Shown here: one piece after another, positions 36,327-46,535 of the stretch
Position numbering within the stretch: the first letter of the stretch is position 1
How the letters are laid out: each line of letters starts with the position of its first letter
Assembly: GCA_044451265.1 (NCBI GenBank)
Contig: JBIOJX010000002.1
Coordinates: forward strand, 1-54,645
DNA: 54,645 bases
Direction: 5' to 3'
Source: Desulfobaccales bacterium
GTDB lineage: Bacteria > Desulfobacterota > Desulfobaccia > Desulfobaccales > 0-14-0-80-60-11
Program-made: the position numbers and the translations under genes
The notes under the pieces: generated by a model
Told to the model about the DNA's origin: nothing
Seen by the model: only the letters and a program-made list of their open reading frames with translations
Database searches by the model: none

Positions 36327-37794
36327 CTTACATCTTAGCAAGTGGATCCTGATCCTGCTGGGCGGAGACGTCGCCGCGTATTGCCTCGCCATCGTCCTGG
36401 GGACTTGGCTGCGGGTAGACCCGTATATGCCGCAGGTAAGTCCCGGCCCCTGGAGCTTTCTGCTGCAATATTCCACCCCGTTCACGCTTATGGGGCTGAC
36501 CTATCTATCGATCTTTTATATCGCCGACCTTTATGACTATCAGAAAGACTTTAGGAACTGGAAGAATATCGGCCAGATTGTTTTTGCCACCATGTTGGGC
36601 ACCGCGGTGGTCATTATCCTGTTCTACTTTCCCTTCGGGGTTTTTGTCGGCCGCACCTTGTTGATCCTGGAATTTTTCATCTTTATGTGCTTACTGGTCG
36701 TGTGGCGCGTCGCTTTTTCAGGTTTGGCTTTGCCAGAGCGCTTGCAAAGGCGTCTTTTGATCGTGGGCGCCGGTACCTGTGGCACCCGGCTGCTCGAGGC
36801 CGTCCGGGAGCGCCCTCTCAGTGGCATCAAGGCAATTGGCTTTGTGGACGACGACTCTGGAAAGATAGGAACAGAGATTCAGGGGTTACCCGTGCTGGGA
36901 GATTCATCCCGGTTATCCAAGCTTATCCAGGAGCAGCAGGTAAATCTGGTGGCGCTGGCCATTACCCATGATAAATCGCCGCAATTGTTGAAAGGGCTCA
37001 TGAAGATTAACTTTAACGGCTGTCAGGTCTTGGATATGCCGAGTCTTTACGAATTTCTGGCCGGGAAGATACCCATCGAACATATTTCCGATATGTGGTT
37101 TTACTTTAACAGTTCCCAAAACACTAAGTTTTATTATCGGCGGATTAAGCGCCTAGCTGATCTCTTGCTGGCAATATTCTATCTGATTATAGTGTCTCCC
37201 CTATTTTTGCTGATTCCCCTGGCCATCAAGCTGGACAGCCCCGGACCGGTATTTTTCTGTCAGCAACGCCTGGGCAAGGATGGTAAGCCCTTTTGGATTA
37301 TTAAGTTCCGAACCATGGTCGATAATGCAGAACTAGACGGCCCCCAATGGGCCAGTCAAGACGATCCCCGGATTACGCGAGTTGGCGGGATCTTGCGAAA
37401 GTTAAGATTAGACGAGCTGCCGCAATTGCTCAATATTCTCAAAGGGGAAATGAGCTTTATCGGGCCGAGACCGGAGCGGGAGATATTTGTCAGCACTTTC
37501 CAGCAACTGGTGCCGGTTTTCCGGAAAAAACATCTGGGCGCGAATGCTGCGGAAATTAAGGTTTTGGGTTACGAGGAACACCTGCCCCATTACAGTTATC
37601 GCCTCTTGGTAAAACCAGGACTTTCGGGTTGGGCGCAGGTCATGTACCCTTATGCCTCTTCCCAGGAGGAAACCCGGGAGAAGCTGAAGTACGACCTGTA
37701 CTATATCAAGAATATGGGGTTTTTCCTTGACTTGGCCATTCTCCTCAAGACGATCCGCATCGTCTTGTTTGGGCGAGATAAATTTGCACGTTGA
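36310..37794 (+). CDS. Priming polyprenyl-phosphate sugar-phosphate transferase (WbaP/EpsL-type, Bac_transf domain)
   Basis: There are four N-terminal TM helices and a central Rossmann-like segment (LLIVGAGTCG). The C-terminal motifs are KRLADLLLAIFYLIIVSPLFLLI...PVFFCQQRLGKDGKPFWIIKFRTM...DELPQLLNILKGEMSFIGPRPE. Confidence 0.9.
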   Translation: MFRLFSLHLSKWILILLGGDVAAYCLAIVLGTWLRVDPYMPQVSPGPWSFLLQYSTPFTLMGLTYLSIFYIADLYDYQKDFRNWKNIGQIVFATMLGTAVVIILFYFPFGVFVGRTLLILEFFIFMCLLVVWRVAFSGLALPERLQRRLLIVGAGTCGTRLLEAVRERPLSGIKAIGFVDDDSGKIGTEIQGLPVLGDSSRLSKLIQEQQVNLVALAITHDKSPQLLKGLMKINFNGCQVLDMPSLYEFLAGKIPIEHISDMWFYFNSSQNTKFYYRRIKRLADLLLAIFYLIIVSPLFLLIPLAIKLDSPGPVFFCQQRLGKDGKPFWIIKFRTMVDNAELDGPQWASQDDPRITRVGGILRKLRLDELPQLLNILKGEMSFIGPRPEREIFVSTFQQLVPVFRKKHLGANAAEIKVLGYEEHLPHYSYRLLVKPGLSGWAQVMYPYASSQEETREKLKYDLYYIKNMGFFLDLAILLKTIRIVLFGRDKFAR

Positions 37795-37807
37795 AGCGAG
37801 GTAAAGC

Positions 37808-38848
37808 ATGACTTCAAGTGATTACCGAGATTTTTACCGCGACAAAACGATCTTGATCACCGGCGGGGCGGGAGCGATTGGCAGCAATCTGACCCGGGCG
37901 GTGGCGGCAGCCGGGGCTAAGCTGGTTATGGTCTTGGACGACCTGTCTTCAGCGGTGCGCTGGAATGTTCCCGCGCTGGCTAACGTCATGTTTATTGAGG
38001 GTAGTATCCTCGATGAAGTGGAATTGAAACGGGTTTTTTTCGAAGGGCCGGACCTCGTTTTTCATCTGGCCGCACTGTTCGCCAACCAGAATTCCATTGA
38101 TCACCCTGAGACCGATCTCCTGGTGAACGGCTTGGGGACCTTGAAACTTCTCCAATACTCGCAACTTGTCGGCGTCCAGCGGTTTATCTACGCCTCTTCC
38201 GGCTGCTCCATCTATGGCAGCAGCGCCCCCCTGCCCCTGACCGAAGAATTCATGTCTTTGCACCTGAGTTCACCATACCAGGTCACCAAGATGCTGGGCG
38301 AGCTTTACTGTAATTTCTTCCAGCATCACTACGAGCAGGCGGTGGTTAAGGCGCGCTTCTTCAACTCCTATGGTCCCGGGGAACTGCCGGGACAGTACCG
38401 GAACGTCATCCCGAACTTCATCTACTGGGCTATGCGGGGGGAACCGCTGCCCATCACCGGGACGGGAGAGGAGACCCGGGATTTCACCTACGTCGGCGAC
38501 ATCGTGGATGGGCTGTTGCGGGCGGGCTATTTCGAGACGGCCGTGGGGCAGGAATTCAACCTGGCCTCCGGCCGGGAAACCCGCATCATCGACCTGGCGA
38601 CCATGATCAATGCCCAGGTGGGCAATAAGGCGGGCATAAGTTTTACCGAACGGCGCAAGTGGGACACCAAATCCCGCCTCCTGGCCTCTGTCGCCAGGGC
38701 CGGAGAGCTCATCGGCTACCAGCCCAACACTCCCTTTGAGGTCGGCCTGAAGAATACCATTGACTGGTTCGGGAAAAACTGGGAGCAAATCCAGGCGGCG
38801 GCTCGTTTCGGTCCCGGAATGTCGTCAGCAGTGCGGATAAGGAATTGA
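37808..38848 (+). CDS. NAD-dependent epimerase/dehydratase (extended SDR)
   Basis: The sequence contains ILITGGAGAIGSNL, the catalytic YQVTKMLGE (YxxxK) and a RDFTYVGDIV segment. Confidence 0.8.
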   Translation: MTSSDYRDFYRDKTILITGGAGAIGSNLTRAVAAAGAKLVMVLDDLSSAVRWNVPALANVMFIEGSILDEVELKRVFFEGPDLVFHLAALFANQNSIDHPETDLLVNGLGTLKLLQYSQLVGVQRFIYASSGCSIYGSSAPLPLTEEFMSLHLSSPYQVTKMLGELYCNFFQHHYEQAVVKARFFNSYGPGELPGQYRNVIPNFIYWAMRGEPLPITGTGEETRDFTYVGDIVDGLLRAGYFETAVGQEFNLASGRETRIIDLATMINAQVGNKAGISFTERRKWDTKSRLLASVARAGELIGYQPNTPFEVGLKNTIDWFGKNWEQIQAAARFGPGMSSAVRIRN

Positions 38849-39213
38849 TAAACAATATGAAAGGGCAACTTCATGAATTTAAAGAACCTTTACTCCTATA
38901 TTAGAAACGGCGATTTCCGGGGACTGCGGAAGAGATTACAATATGTTCTATAGTAAGATATATAGAAAGTTGTGATAACTTGCCATAGTTGCAATGCCAT
39001 TTTACGAACCTAATAATAATTTTTATAATCGGAATGGATTGCCAGCACCAAATAAGCATATATCAAACAAGGATATAGATCACGCTTGGATACCTTAATT
39101 GTATCAAAAATTATAAAGAGAGGAAGCCAGGTTCAATAAATACATGGCGAAGGTTCCGGAGGTTTCTAAAAAATCCAGAACCTTTATCAAACTGCTAATT
39201 GGTGGTGGCAAAA

Positions 39214-39978
39214 ATGCAATGGAATAAACAAGGCATAACCAGGATAGGTTGGAATGTGTACTATTCTTTACACCCGTTCGGGTTACTTAATATTTTGCAA
39301 AAAGTCCATGAGGCATTTGGTGTCCCGCCATTGGGCATTCAGGAGATTGATTTAAATTACCTCTTGAAAGATATTATCAAGGCCAAAGATCAAAAAAGTC
39401 ATCCAGCACCCGTACAAATCTTTCCCTTTTTCACAAGGTTTGCTTCCGTGCCGGTCACTGACCAGTTGGCCTTGAGTTCACTGGCTGCGTATTTTGAACC
39501 TATCAAAAACATTTTGGAAATCGGTACTTTTAATGGGGAAACAGCTAGGCTGTTGGCTATGAATGCACCGCAAGCCACCGTATATACAATTGATTTGCCT
39601 TTAAAAAAGAACGAAAACATCGAAAAAGAAATGACAGCAATTAATATCGAATGTACTAATTCCAGATCTACCGGGATTGCCTATCGCGGTACTGCCGAAG
39701 AGTCAAGAATTATTCAATTATTTGGAGATAGTCGAAGTTTTGATTTTAAAACTGAGTGCCCGGTTTTCGATATGGTCTTCATTGATGGATGTCATGATTT
39801 CGAATTCGTGCACAAGGATACCTTACAAGCACTAAATATAACTCGCCCCGGCGGGTTAATCGTTTGGCATGACTGTACCACCTCATTTCCTGCTGTAGTT
39901 CGGGTTGTAAAAAGTTTTATCAATAAGGGGGCCAGGAAAATAAGAAATACCCAGATTGCCTTTATGTTTAACTCTTAA
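39214..39978 (+). CDS. Class I SAM-dependent methyltransferase (Methyltransf_24-like)
   Basis: The motifs are ILEIGTFNGETARLLA, VFIDGCHDFEFV and GGLIVWHD. The gene is AT-rich and is preceded by about 360 nt of AT-rich non-coding DNA. Confidence 0.7.
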   Translation: MQWNKQGITRIGWNVYYSLHPFGLLNILQKVHEAFGVPPLGIQEIDLNYLLKDIIKAKDQKSHPAPVQIFPFFTRFASVPVTDQLALSSLAAYFEPIKNILEIGTFNGETARLLAMNAPQATVYTIDLPLKKNENIEKEMTAINIECTNSRSTGIAYRGTAEESRIIQLFGDSRSFDFKTECPVFDMVFIDGCHDFEFVHKDTLQALNITRPGGLIVWHDCTTSFPAVVRVVKSFINKGARKIRNTQIAFMFNS

Positions 39979-40022
39979 ATAATATCAAAATTATTTTTAG
40001 CATCCAGGAACTAAGGAAGGCA

Positions 40023-41270
40023 TTGAAGAAAGTTATCGCCATCTTCGGCACCCGGCCGGAAGCCATCAAGATGGCCCCGGTAGTATTAGGCCTGAAGGCC
40101 GAAGGGGCCTATCAGGTCAAGGTAGCGGTCACCGCCCAGCACCGCCAGATGCTGGATCAGGTGTTGGAGCTTTTTCGAATCAGGCCGGATCATGATCTGA
40201 ATGTCATGACCCCCAACCAGGACCTCTTTGACATTACCGTGCGGATTCTGGAAAGTCTCAAGGACGTGCTGAAACGGGAACAGCCGGACCTGATATTGGT
40301 GCACGGCGACACCACCACCACCTTTGCCGCCTCCCTGGCCGCCTATTACCTCAAGATCCCGGTGGGCCACGTCGAGGCCGGCTTGCGCACCCGGGACAAA
40401 TACCAGCCATACCCCGAAGAACTGAACCGCCGTCTGACCGGGGCGCTGGCCGACTACCACTTCGCCCCCACTCCCTGGGCCCGGGACAATCTCCTGGCCG
40501 AAGGAGTCCCGGCGGAACGGATCTGGGTGACCGGCAATACGGTGATCGATGCCTTGAAGATCACCGCCGGGAAGGTCACCCAGGAAAAAGAGTTGTGGGC
40601 CGATTATCTTCGGGAAAATTTTGGTTTAAGCCTCGACGGGCGGCGCTGCTTGCTGGTGACCGGCCATCGGCGGGAGAACTTCGGCCAATCCTTTCGAAAT
40701 ATCTGTCTGGCTTTGCGGGATCTTGCCGAGCATTATGGCGATATTCAGGTTATTTATCCGGTTCATCTCAACCCCAATGTGCAGCAGCCGGTTTATGGGA
40801 TCCTGGGAAGAGATCCCGGGGTTAGCGAGGGCAGACCTGGCGTCTCCACCGTTCAGGTCCCAGGCGGTGGGCGCATCACCCTCCTGCCCCCCTTGGACTA
40901 CGCCCCCTTTGTGTTTTTGATGAGTCAGAGCACGCTGATCTTGACCGATTCCGGGGGAATCCAGGAGGAGGCTCCAGCCCTGGGAAAACCGGTTTTAGTG
41001 ATGCGGGAGGTCACTGAACGGCCGGAAGGCCTGTGGGCCGGAACGGTTAAAATGGTGGGAACCGACCGGCAGAATATTTTTGCCGAGGTCAAGGAACTGC
41101 TGGACAACCCGGTCAGCTATCAAGCCATGGCTCAGGCCCAAAACCCCTATGGCGACGGGCAGGCTGCCCAAAGGATTGCCCATATCGTGAGGCAAATATT
41201 TTCCGACGGCAAAGCAGAGGATTTGTTCATTCCTTTCGGAATGAGCGTTCAGGCAGGAGAAAGACCGTGA
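40023..41270 (+). CDS. wecB: UDP-N-acetylglucosamine 2-epimerase (non-hydrolysing)
   Basis: The sequence contains MKKVIAIFGTRPEAIKMAPV, HVEAGLRT and LTDSGGIQEEAPALGKPVLVMR. The TTG start follows AAGGAAGG. There is an extra segment relative to the canonical family pattern (see findings). Confidence 0.9.
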   Translation: MKKVIAIFGTRPEAIKMAPVVLGLKAEGAYQVKVAVTAQHRQMLDQVLELFRIRPDHDLNVMTPNQDLFDITVRILESLKDVLKREQPDLILVHGDTTTTFAASLAAYYLKIPVGHVEAGLRTRDKYQPYPEELNRRLTGALADYHFAPTPWARDNLLAEGVPAERIWVTGNTVIDALKITAGKVTQEKELWADYLRENFGLSLDGRRCLLVTGHRRENFGQSFRNICLALRDLAEHYGDIQVIYPVHLNPNVQQPVYGILGRDPGVSEGRPGVSTVQVPGGGRITLLPPLDYAPFVFLMSQSTLILTDSGGIQEEAPALGKPVLVMREVTERPEGLWAGTVKMVGTDRQNIFAEVKELLDNPVSYQAMAQAQNPYGDGQAAQRIAHIVRQIFSDGKAEDLFIPFGMSVQAGERP

Positions 41271-41362
41271 GGGAATTCGGCAACAATTTGTCAGAATAGA
41301 CGGCGAAAACCCCAAACGGCTTCAGGGTGAATTCACGGAGAAGCAAATCTCAGACCGGTAGT

Positions 41363-41554
41363 CTAGTCCTCAATAATTATGGAAAACTGTCTCGATTTTG
41401 AGGAGGGGTTGCCAAGGTTTTTTCCCAAATCGGTGCATCCGTGCGGTTCATATTGAGTCAAACCGTGATCCTCAGGCTCGCGGATTATGAACAAGAGGCA
41501 CATTAACACCATCCCCCCTAGGCCGCCGGCTACCAGCGCTAAGAGCCAACCCAT
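41363..41554 (-). CDS. Small single-pass membrane protein (63 aa), function unknown
   Basis: A strong SD (AAGGAGA) lies 5 nt upstream of the ATG on the minus strand. The N-terminal TM helix is GWLLALVAGGLGGMVLMCLLFII. Confidence 0.45.
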   Translation of the reverse strand: MGWLLALVAGGLGGMVLMCLLFIIREPEDHGLTQYEPHGCTDLGKNLGNPSSKSRQFSIIIED

Positions 41555-41864
41555 GACACTTCTCCTTTGCAGTGTCTCATCGGCATTTGAGGGAAAGAAC
41601 TTTAAAAATTGTTCGCAATTAATTTTGGAGGGCGTTGCTGGCTACTTGGGTGAATGGCAAAGCAATCTGTACCAGGTGGGTGGGAAGTAATTATGAACTT
41701 GTTTTGAGGAGGATAGGTCTTCATCCACAGAACAGTTATTGGGCCTGGCCAATCGGTTAACGCCGACCCGTGTGAGAGCAAGTGAAACCATCAATTCAGG
41801 CAATTTCGGCAAATTAGGTTGAGGCCGAAACCGAGGTCTGGTAAAGTCAGGCGGGAAGCTATCT

Positions 41865-42860
41865 ATGGAATGGGAAGCGCAGATTAAAGATATTTCCTTC
41901 CTGGTCACCGGCAGCGCCGGGTTCATCGGGTTTCACGTGGCCCGGGAACTCCTGGCCCGGGAGGCCAGGGTGGTGGGGCTGGACAATTATAATGACTACT
42001 ATTCTCCGGCCTTAAAGCGGGCTCGGGACCAGCAGCTGCGGCAGTTCCCCAATTTCACCTCCGTTGAGGGCGACGTGGCCGACCTGGCCGGCCTGGAAAG
42101 GCTGTTTGCGGCCCACCAGCCCCGGAAGATCTGCCACCTGGCCGCCCAGGCCGGGGTGCGCTACTCCCTGATCAATCCCTTTGCCTACCAAAAGGCCAAC
42201 CTGGAAGGGTTTCTCAACCTCCTGGAACTGGCCAAAAGGTCCCAGATAGAGCGTTTCGTCTATGCCTCCAGCTCCAGCGTTTATGGGGGCTTGACTGAGA
42301 TGCCGTTTTCCGAAGAGCAGCGGGTAGATACCCCTATCAGCCTCTACGCGGCCACCAAGAAGGCCAATGAGCTGATGGCCCATGCCTATACCCACCTGTT
42401 CGGCCTGCAGACCGTCGGCCTGCGGTTTTTTACGGTGTACGGGCCCTGGGGCCGGCCGGATATGGCCATGTGGCTCTTTACCGACGCCATGCTCCAGAGC
42501 CGGCCCATCAAGGTGTTCAATTACGGGCAGATGCGCCGGGATTTTACTTATATCGACGATATCGTCCAGGGCGTCCTGGCGGCCTTGACGGTCGCCGGGC
42601 TGGAACCTTATGAGATCATCAATCTGGGCAACCACCGGGCCGAAGATTTGGGCAAGGTCATCGCCCTCCTGGAAGGTGAGCTGAACGTCAAGGCTCAGCA
42701 GGACTTCCTGCCTATGCAGCCGGGGGACGTCCCGGCCACCTTTGCCGACATTGATCGGGCCCGGAAAAAGCTGGGCTTTCAGCCGCTGACCCCCATTGAG
42801 GAAGGCGTCCCGCGCTTCATCAGCTGGTACCTGGATTACCATGGGTTGAGTCGGCGGTGA
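41865..42860 (+). CDS. NAD-dependent epimerase, UDP-glucuronate 4-epimerase-like
   Basis: FLVTGSAGFIGFHVARELL...GLDNYNDYYSPALKRAR is characteristic of the CapI/LpsL-type family. The catalytic motif is YAATKKANE. Confidence 0.8.
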   Translation: MEWEAQIKDISFLVTGSAGFIGFHVARELLAREARVVGLDNYNDYYSPALKRARDQQLRQFPNFTSVEGDVADLAGLERLFAAHQPRKICHLAAQAGVRYSLINPFAYQKANLEGFLNLLELAKRSQIERFVYASSSSVYGGLTEMPFSEEQRVDTPISLYAATKKANELMAHAYTHLFGLQTVGLRFFTVYGPWGRPDMAMWLFTDAMLQSRPIKVFNYGQMRRDFTYIDDIVQGVLAALTVAGLEPYEIINLGNHRAEDLGKVIALLEGELNVKAQQDFLPMQPGDVPATFADIDRARKKLGFQPLTPIEEGVPRFISWYLDYHGLSRR

Positions 42861-42947
42861 GTTTGATCAGGGAAATAAAAGGGACCACATTTCTTCTGCC
42901 TGAAGGGCGCCTGGCAGGAAGCATACACGCTTGCTTGGAATCGAATC

Positions 42948-44078
42948 ATGACTGAAAAACGCCTCGATTTTATCGACCTGAAGACTCAGCAGCAAAAGAT
43001 TTTACCTGCCCTGAATGAGAGAATTCAGCGAGTTTTAGGGCATGGTCAATATATTATGGGGCCTGAGGTGACGGAACTGGAGGAGCGTCTCGCCGCCTAC
43101 GTGGGCGTCAAACACGCCGTTTCCTGCTCCTCCGGCACCGATGCCCTGCTGATGCCTTTGATGGCTTATCAGGTCGGGCCCGGCGATGCCATCTTCACCA
43201 CCCCTTTTACCTTCATCGCCACGGCCGAAGTCATCCAGTTGCTGGGGGCCACCCCGGTCTTTGTGGATATCGATTCGAGAACTTTCAATATCAACCCCGC
43301 GGCCCTGGAGGAGACCATCTCCTCTTTGGCGCAAAACCCCAAGACCGCTCACCTGAGGCCCAAGGGCATCATCCCGGTGGACCTCTTCGGCCAGCCGGCG
43401 GACTACGATGCGATCAACACTCTGGCCCGGCGGCATGGTCTGTTCGTCTTGGAGGATGCGGCCCAGTCCTTCGGGGCCACCTACCAGGGCCGGCGGGCCG
43501 GCTCTCTGGCGGAGGTAGCCGCCACTTCTTTCTTTCCGGCCAAGCCTTTGGGGGGCTACGGCGACGGCGGGGCCGTCTTCACCAATGACGACGCCTTGAT
43601 GGAAACCTTGAAATCGATCCGGGTGCACGGCCAGGGGACTAATAAGTATGAGAACGTGCGTCTCGGCCTGAACGGCCGGCTGGATACGCTGCAAGCCGCC
43701 ATTTTGCTGGCCAAGCTGGAGATTTTCGACCAGGAAATCGCCGACCGGCAACAGGTAGCCCAAAGGTACAGCGCCGGGTTACGGAACCTGGTGGAAGTAC
43801 CGTATGTCGCAGCCGCCTGTACCTCGGTGTGGGCTCAATACTCGGTGCTCAGCGACCGGCGGGCCGAACTGCAGCAGAAGCTGCAAGCAGCCGGCATCCC
43901 CTCGGCGGTCTATTATCCGCTGCCGCTGCACCTGCAAGGCGCCTTTGCCCACCTCGGCCATCAACCAGGAGACTTTCCCAGCAGCGAAAAGGCCGCGGAG
44001 CGCATCTTCAGCCTGCCCATGCATCCTTATCTGACCGCAGCAGACCAGGGGCTGATCATTAAGGTGCTTTCGAGCTAA
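42948..44078 (+). CDS. DegT/DnrJ/EryC1/StrS-family PLP-dependent sugar aminotransferase (WbpE-like)
   Basis: The sequence contains GQYIMGPEVTELEERLAAYVGVKHAVSCSSGTDALLM, and FFPAKPLGGYGDGG carries the PLP lysine context. Confidence 0.85.
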   Translation: MTEKRLDFIDLKTQQQKILPALNERIQRVLGHGQYIMGPEVTELEERLAAYVGVKHAVSCSSGTDALLMPLMAYQVGPGDAIFTTPFTFIATAEVIQLLGATPVFVDIDSRTFNINPAALEETISSLAQNPKTAHLRPKGIIPVDLFGQPADYDAINTLARRHGLFVLEDAAQSFGATYQGRRAGSLAEVAATSFFPAKPLGGYGDGGAVFTNDDALMETLKSIRVHGQGTNKYENVRLGLNGRLDTLQAAILLAKLEIFDQEIADRQQVAQRYSAGLRNLVEVPYVAAACTSVWAQYSVLSDRRAELQQKLQAAGIPSAVYYPLPLHLQGAFAHLGHQPGDFPSSEKAAERIFSLPMHPYLTAADQGLIIKVLSS

Positions 44079-44149
44079 ATTTATAAGGGTTGGCAAAGAA
44101 AGAAAATTTAGGGCTTCAGACTTGAGCCCCTACGGAGCATCTCGCAACC

Positions 44150-45091
44150 ATGGATCAACTGAGTCCCAAGCCGGATCGAGCCGTTTTTGAGGAGGGGTGG
44201 AAGGGGATCGTCCTGGCCGGCGGCGCCGGAACCCGCCTCTATCCCATTACCCGGGTAGTCAGCAAACAATTGTTGCCGGTATACGACAAGCCCATGATCT
44301 ATTATTCCCTGTCCGTTCTCATGCTGGCGGGAATTCGTGATATCCTGATTATTTCCACCCCGGAGGACCTTCCCAGGTTCAGAACCCTGCTGGGCGACGG
44401 CCGGCAACTCGGCCTGCGCTTCGTCTATAAGGAGCAGCCCAATCCTGGAGGGCTCGCCCAGGCTTTCATCATTGGTAGGGAATTTATCGGAGATGATCGG
44501 GTCTGCCTGGTGTTGGGGGATAACATCTTTTACGGCCAGGGCTTCCAGGGCATACTGAAGCGCGCTCTCACTTTAAAGACCGGCGGCCTGATCTTTGGCT
44601 ATTGGGTGCGGGACCCGGAACGGTATGGGGTAGTGGAGTTTGACCAGGCGGGGAAGGTCCTGAATATCGAGGAAAAACCGCAAAAACCCAGGTCGCAGTT
44701 CGCCGTCCCGGGGCTCTATTTTTACGATAACCGGGTGGTGAAAATTGCCGCCGGACTCAAACCCTCCGCCCGGGGAGAACTGGAGATTACCGAGGTGAAT
44801 AGAGCATATTTGCGCCGGGGAGAACTCCAGGTGGAACTCTTGGGGAGAGGGTTTGCCTGGCTGGATACCGGCACCCATGAATCCCTCCTGGAGGCCTCCG
44901 CTTTCGTGGAAACCATAGAAAAACGCCAGGGGCTGAAGATTGCCTGCATCGAAGAGATCGCCTATCGCAACGGTTATATTGATGCGGATCAACTCCGGCG
45001 GCTGGCTGAGCCCATGCCGAAGAACGGTTACGGCCGGTATTTGCTGGAAATAATCAGACCATCCTTGCCCGGAGGAGACGATCATGACTAG
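44150..45091 (+). CDS. rfbA: Glucose-1-phosphate thymidylyltransferase
   Basis: The sequence contains [52 protein letters not shown] and [16 protein letters not shown]. Confidence 0.9.
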   Translation: MDQLSPKPDRAVFEEGWKGIVLAGGAGTRLYPITRVVSKQLLPVYDKPMIYYSLSVLMLAGIRDILIISTPEDLPRFRTLLGDGRQLGLRFVYKEQPNPGGLAQAFIIGREFIGDDRVCLVLGDNIFYGQGFQGILKRALTLKTGGLIFGYWVRDPERYGVVEFDQAGKVLNIEEKPQKPRSQFAVPGLYFYDNRVVKIAAGLKPSARGELEITEVNRAYLRRGELQVELLGRGFAWLDTGTHESLLEASAFVETIEKRQGLKIACIEEIAYRNGYIDADQLRRLAEPMPKNGYGRYLLEIIRPSLPGGDDHD

Positions 45092-46505
45092 TGAAAACCC
45101 CACTCCCATTTCGGCCATTATCCTGGCCGGGGGCATCGGCTCCCGTTTTTGGCCCCTGAGCCGCTCCCAATATCCCAAGCAGGTGCTGCGGCTCTTGGGG
45201 TCAGAGTCCATGATCCAATCCACCATTGAGCGCCTGCTGCCCCGCATCCCCCTGGAGCGCGTCCTGGTGGTGACCAATGCCTCCCAGGCGGATGTCATCA
45301 GCCTGGAGCTGCGGCGCAAGGGCTGGCAAAACCTCCGTCTCCTTCTGGAGCCCGAGGGACGCAATACCGCGCCCGCGGTGGGGCTGGCCGCAGCTCTGCT
45401 GGGGGAGGAGAACCCCAAGAGCCTCATGGCGGTGTTCCCGGCGGATCACTTTATTCGCGATCAGGCGAGCCTCCTGGCGGCCTTGGACCGGGGAGCCAGG
45501 TGGGCCGAGGCCGGTTACCTGGTGACCTTTGGCATTCCGCCGCATCGTCCGGAAACCGGCTACGGCTATATCAAGCAGGGGGAGTCTCTGGACGCGGCGG
45601 GCAGCGGTTTTAAGGCCGCCAGGTTCATTGAAAAGCCGGATTTGGCCCGGGCCGAAGGCTTCCTGGCCGAGGGTGGCTATTACTGGAACAGCGGCATCTT
45701 CCTGTTCCGCCGGGATCTTTTGCTGGCGGCGATGGCGCGTTATTTGCCGGAATTGAGCCAGGGGCTGGCCCGGCTGGCGGAGGATGCCGGTCGGGAGGCC
45801 CTGGCCGAAATTTATCGGGAGTTTCCCGATATCTCCCTGGACCACGGCATCATGGAGCGGGCTGACAACGTGGCGGTGGTGCCGGTGGAGATGGGTTGGA
45901 ACGACGTGGGCACCTGGGGGGCTTTGCAGGAAATTTTCCCCAAGGACGGCCAGGGAAACGTCCTCCTGGGCCGGGCGCTGGACCGGAACAGTAAAGGCTG
46001 CACTTTCTACGCCCAGAATCGCCTGGTGGCCACCATCGGTCTGGAAAACATCATCGTGGTGGATACCCCTGACGCCACCCTGGTCTGCCACCGGGACCGG
46101 GTCCAGGAAGTGAAGGACCTGGTGGCGGACTTGACCCGGCAAAAAATGGTGGAGTCGATGATCCACCCCACGGTATTTCGTCCTTGGGGGTCCTATACCA
46201 TCATGGACGAGGGTCCGGGGTACAAGGTCAAGCAGATTGAGGTGACCCCGGGGAGCCGCCTCAGTCTGCAGATGCACCAACGCCGCGCTGAGCATTGGGT
46301 GGTGGTGCAGGGTACCGCCCGAGTGACCACCGGCACGGACGTCAGGCTGGTGACCAGCAATCAGAGCGTTTACATTCCTTTTAAAACTGCGCATCGGTTG
46401 GAAAATCCGACGACGGAGCCGCTGCGCATCATCGAGGTGCAGACCGGCGATTATCTCGAAGAGGACGATATCCAGCGCCTGGACGACGATTACTCCCGCT
46501 CTTAG
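45084..46505 (+). CDS. manC: Mannose-1-phosphate guanylyltransferase / mannose-6-phosphate isomerase (bifunctional type)
   Basis: The sequence contains [15 protein letters not shown] and GYGYI. The C-terminal cupin region is [43 protein letters not shown]. Confidence 0.9.
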   Translation: MTSENPTPISAIILAGGIGSRFWPLSRSQYPKQVLRLLGSESMIQSTIERLLPRIPLERVLVVTNASQADVISLELRRKGWQNLRLLLEPEGRNTAPAVGLAAALLGEENPKSLMAVFPADHFIRDQASLLAALDRGARWAEAGYLVTFGIPPHRPETGYGYIKQGESLDAAGSGFKAARFIEKPDLARAEGFLAEGGYYWNSGIFLFRRDLLLAAMARYLPELSQGLARLAEDAGREALAEIYREFPDISLDHGIMERADNVAVVPVEMGWNDVGTWGALQEIFPKDGQGNVLLGRALDRNSKGCTFYAQNRLVATIGLENIIVVDTPDATLVCHRDRVQEVKDLVADLTRQKMVESMIHPTVFRPWGSYTIMDEGPGYKVKQIEVTPGSRLSLQMHQRRAEHWVVVQGTARVTTGTDVRLVTSNQSVYIPFKTAHRLENPTTEPLRIIEVQTGDYLEEDDIQRLDDDYSRS

Positions 46506-46535
46506 CCTGGAGATTCCGGAGCGACGCCACTGCCC

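Noticed and set aside
38874-38954. A 26-codon ORF, MNLKNLYSYIRNGDFRGLRKRLQYVL, which might be another gene remnant in the AT-rich spacer before the 39214 methyltransferase.
   Set aside because: I found no paralogous intact gene in the window to align it with, and it is too short to assign. I noted it only because two verified remnants exist elsewhere in the locus.
44150-45091. rfbA without adjacent rfbB/C/D, as a possible orphan or pseudogene.
   Set aside because: The gene is intact with all hallmark motifs. Three SDR epimerase/dehydratase genes and an aminotransferase in the locus could supply the downstream dTDP-sugar steps, so the arrangement is not clearly anomalous.
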